From Octopus sinensis (lineage: Eukaryota), in the NCBI RefSeq assembly GCF_006345805.1, contig NC_043004.1, positions 78,740,001-78,804,000 of the forward strand: a DNA stretch of 64,000 bases. The letters run 5' to 3'. Below are positions 63,107 through 64,000 of the stretch, piece by piece. The notes under the pieces were generated by a model. The model searched no databases and was not told where the DNA came from. It saw only the letters and a list, made by a program, of their open reading frames with translations. Each line of letters opens with the position of its first letter. The stretch's first letter is position 1. The position numbers and the translations under genes are program-made.

Positions 63107-63372
63107 ATAAGACAGTAAGGTGTGATTTGAGGGAGATTTGGCTGCTATTTCTACCATGTCTAGCTGCCATGTAGGGGTCTCCCTCATAGGCTCATACATA
63201 CATATATACATAGATAAGACAGTAAGGTGTGATTTGGGGGAAATTTGGCTGCTATTTCTACCAGGTCTAGCTACCATGTAGAGGTCCTCCTCATTGGCTC
63301 ATATATATATACATACATAAGACAGTAAGGTGTGATTTGAGGGACATTTGGCTGCTGTTTCTACCAGGTCTG
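63107..63372. repeat. ~105-bp tandem repeat, 2.5 copies
   Basis: ATAAGACAGTAAGGTGTGATTTG.GGGA at 63107, 63214, 63317. Confidence 0.9.
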
Positions 63373-63738
63373 TTAGGCTTTCTCATGTAAACTCAAGCTT
63401 TCTCATGCCTTGAACATAAGACCAAAGCAGAGAATGTATTCTTTTATTCTTCTGCTTTTTCCAGCCATTGGTCTGTGGCCATGCTGGGGCAATGCCTTGA
63501 AGAATTGTAGTTTAATGAATCAACTCCAGTTTTATTTTTGTAAGCATTGTACTTATTCTATCTGTTTCCTTCGTCAAACCACTAGGTGACAGGGATGTAA
63601 ACAAAACAACATTCGTTGTCAAGCAGTGGTGGAGGACAATCACAAGCACAGACACGCACACACACACACATACATGCATACACATATACACACATACATA
63701 CATACATACATATATATATATATGTGTGTATATATATA

Positions 63739-63996
63739 TTGCAGCGTGGAAGGTGTTTGTAAGCCATTTAAGAAACACACAAAAACCGTTACATTCACTT
63801 CAACATTTAAATTTCATTTGCCAAAATATTTTCGTCGCTTTGAGACCGCGACCTCTTCACTGACAAAAATATCGTGCTAACAGGTCGCGGTCTCAAAGCG
63901 ACGAAAATATTTGACAAATTAAATTTAAATGTTGAAGTGAATCTAACGGTTTTTGTGTGTTTCTTAAATGGCTTATAAACACCTTCAACGCTGCAA
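63739..63996. repeat. Inverted repeat (~116-bp arms, 27-nt loop), Penelope pLTR-like
   Basis: Arms differ by 5 substitutions and 1 indel; hammerhead-like motifs at the inner ends. Confidence 0.9.
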
Positions 63997-64000
63997 CCGT

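Overview
AT-rich animal genomic DNA, dense in microsatellites. The repeat families point to an octopus or other cephalopod (inferred from remembered repeat content, not from a search). One protein-coding gene is supportable: an 8-coding-exon, + strand SLC17/ACS-family MFS anion transporter (CDS 32208-48855, 1197 nt, 398 aa, all introns GT-AG with consistent phases). It looks closer to the sialin/PHT4-type branch than to VGLUT. The rest is retroposons (three tRNA-derived SINE families and an RTE-related element with a (GAT)n tail), 5'-truncated LINE relics (R4/Dong RLE, RTE, CR1/L2-type), piggyBac-type and hAT-type MITEs, Helitron-like elements, and micro/minisatellites. The most unusual structures are: a foldback element whose loop is a tRNA-like cloverleaf ending at an oligo-T (24.5 kb); several minimal hammerhead-ribozyme-like motifs, including an inverted pair with a non-canonical G3/C8 core (63.8 kb); two long intronic hairpins in SLC17 intron 4, one masking a consensus splice donor; Dong-type LINE relics sitting in the (TTA)n tails of one SINE family; and a CpG-depletion boundary near 55 kb. 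Repeat boundaries were read by eye and are approximate unless exact motifs are quoted. No prokaryotic-type system or CRISPR array is present.
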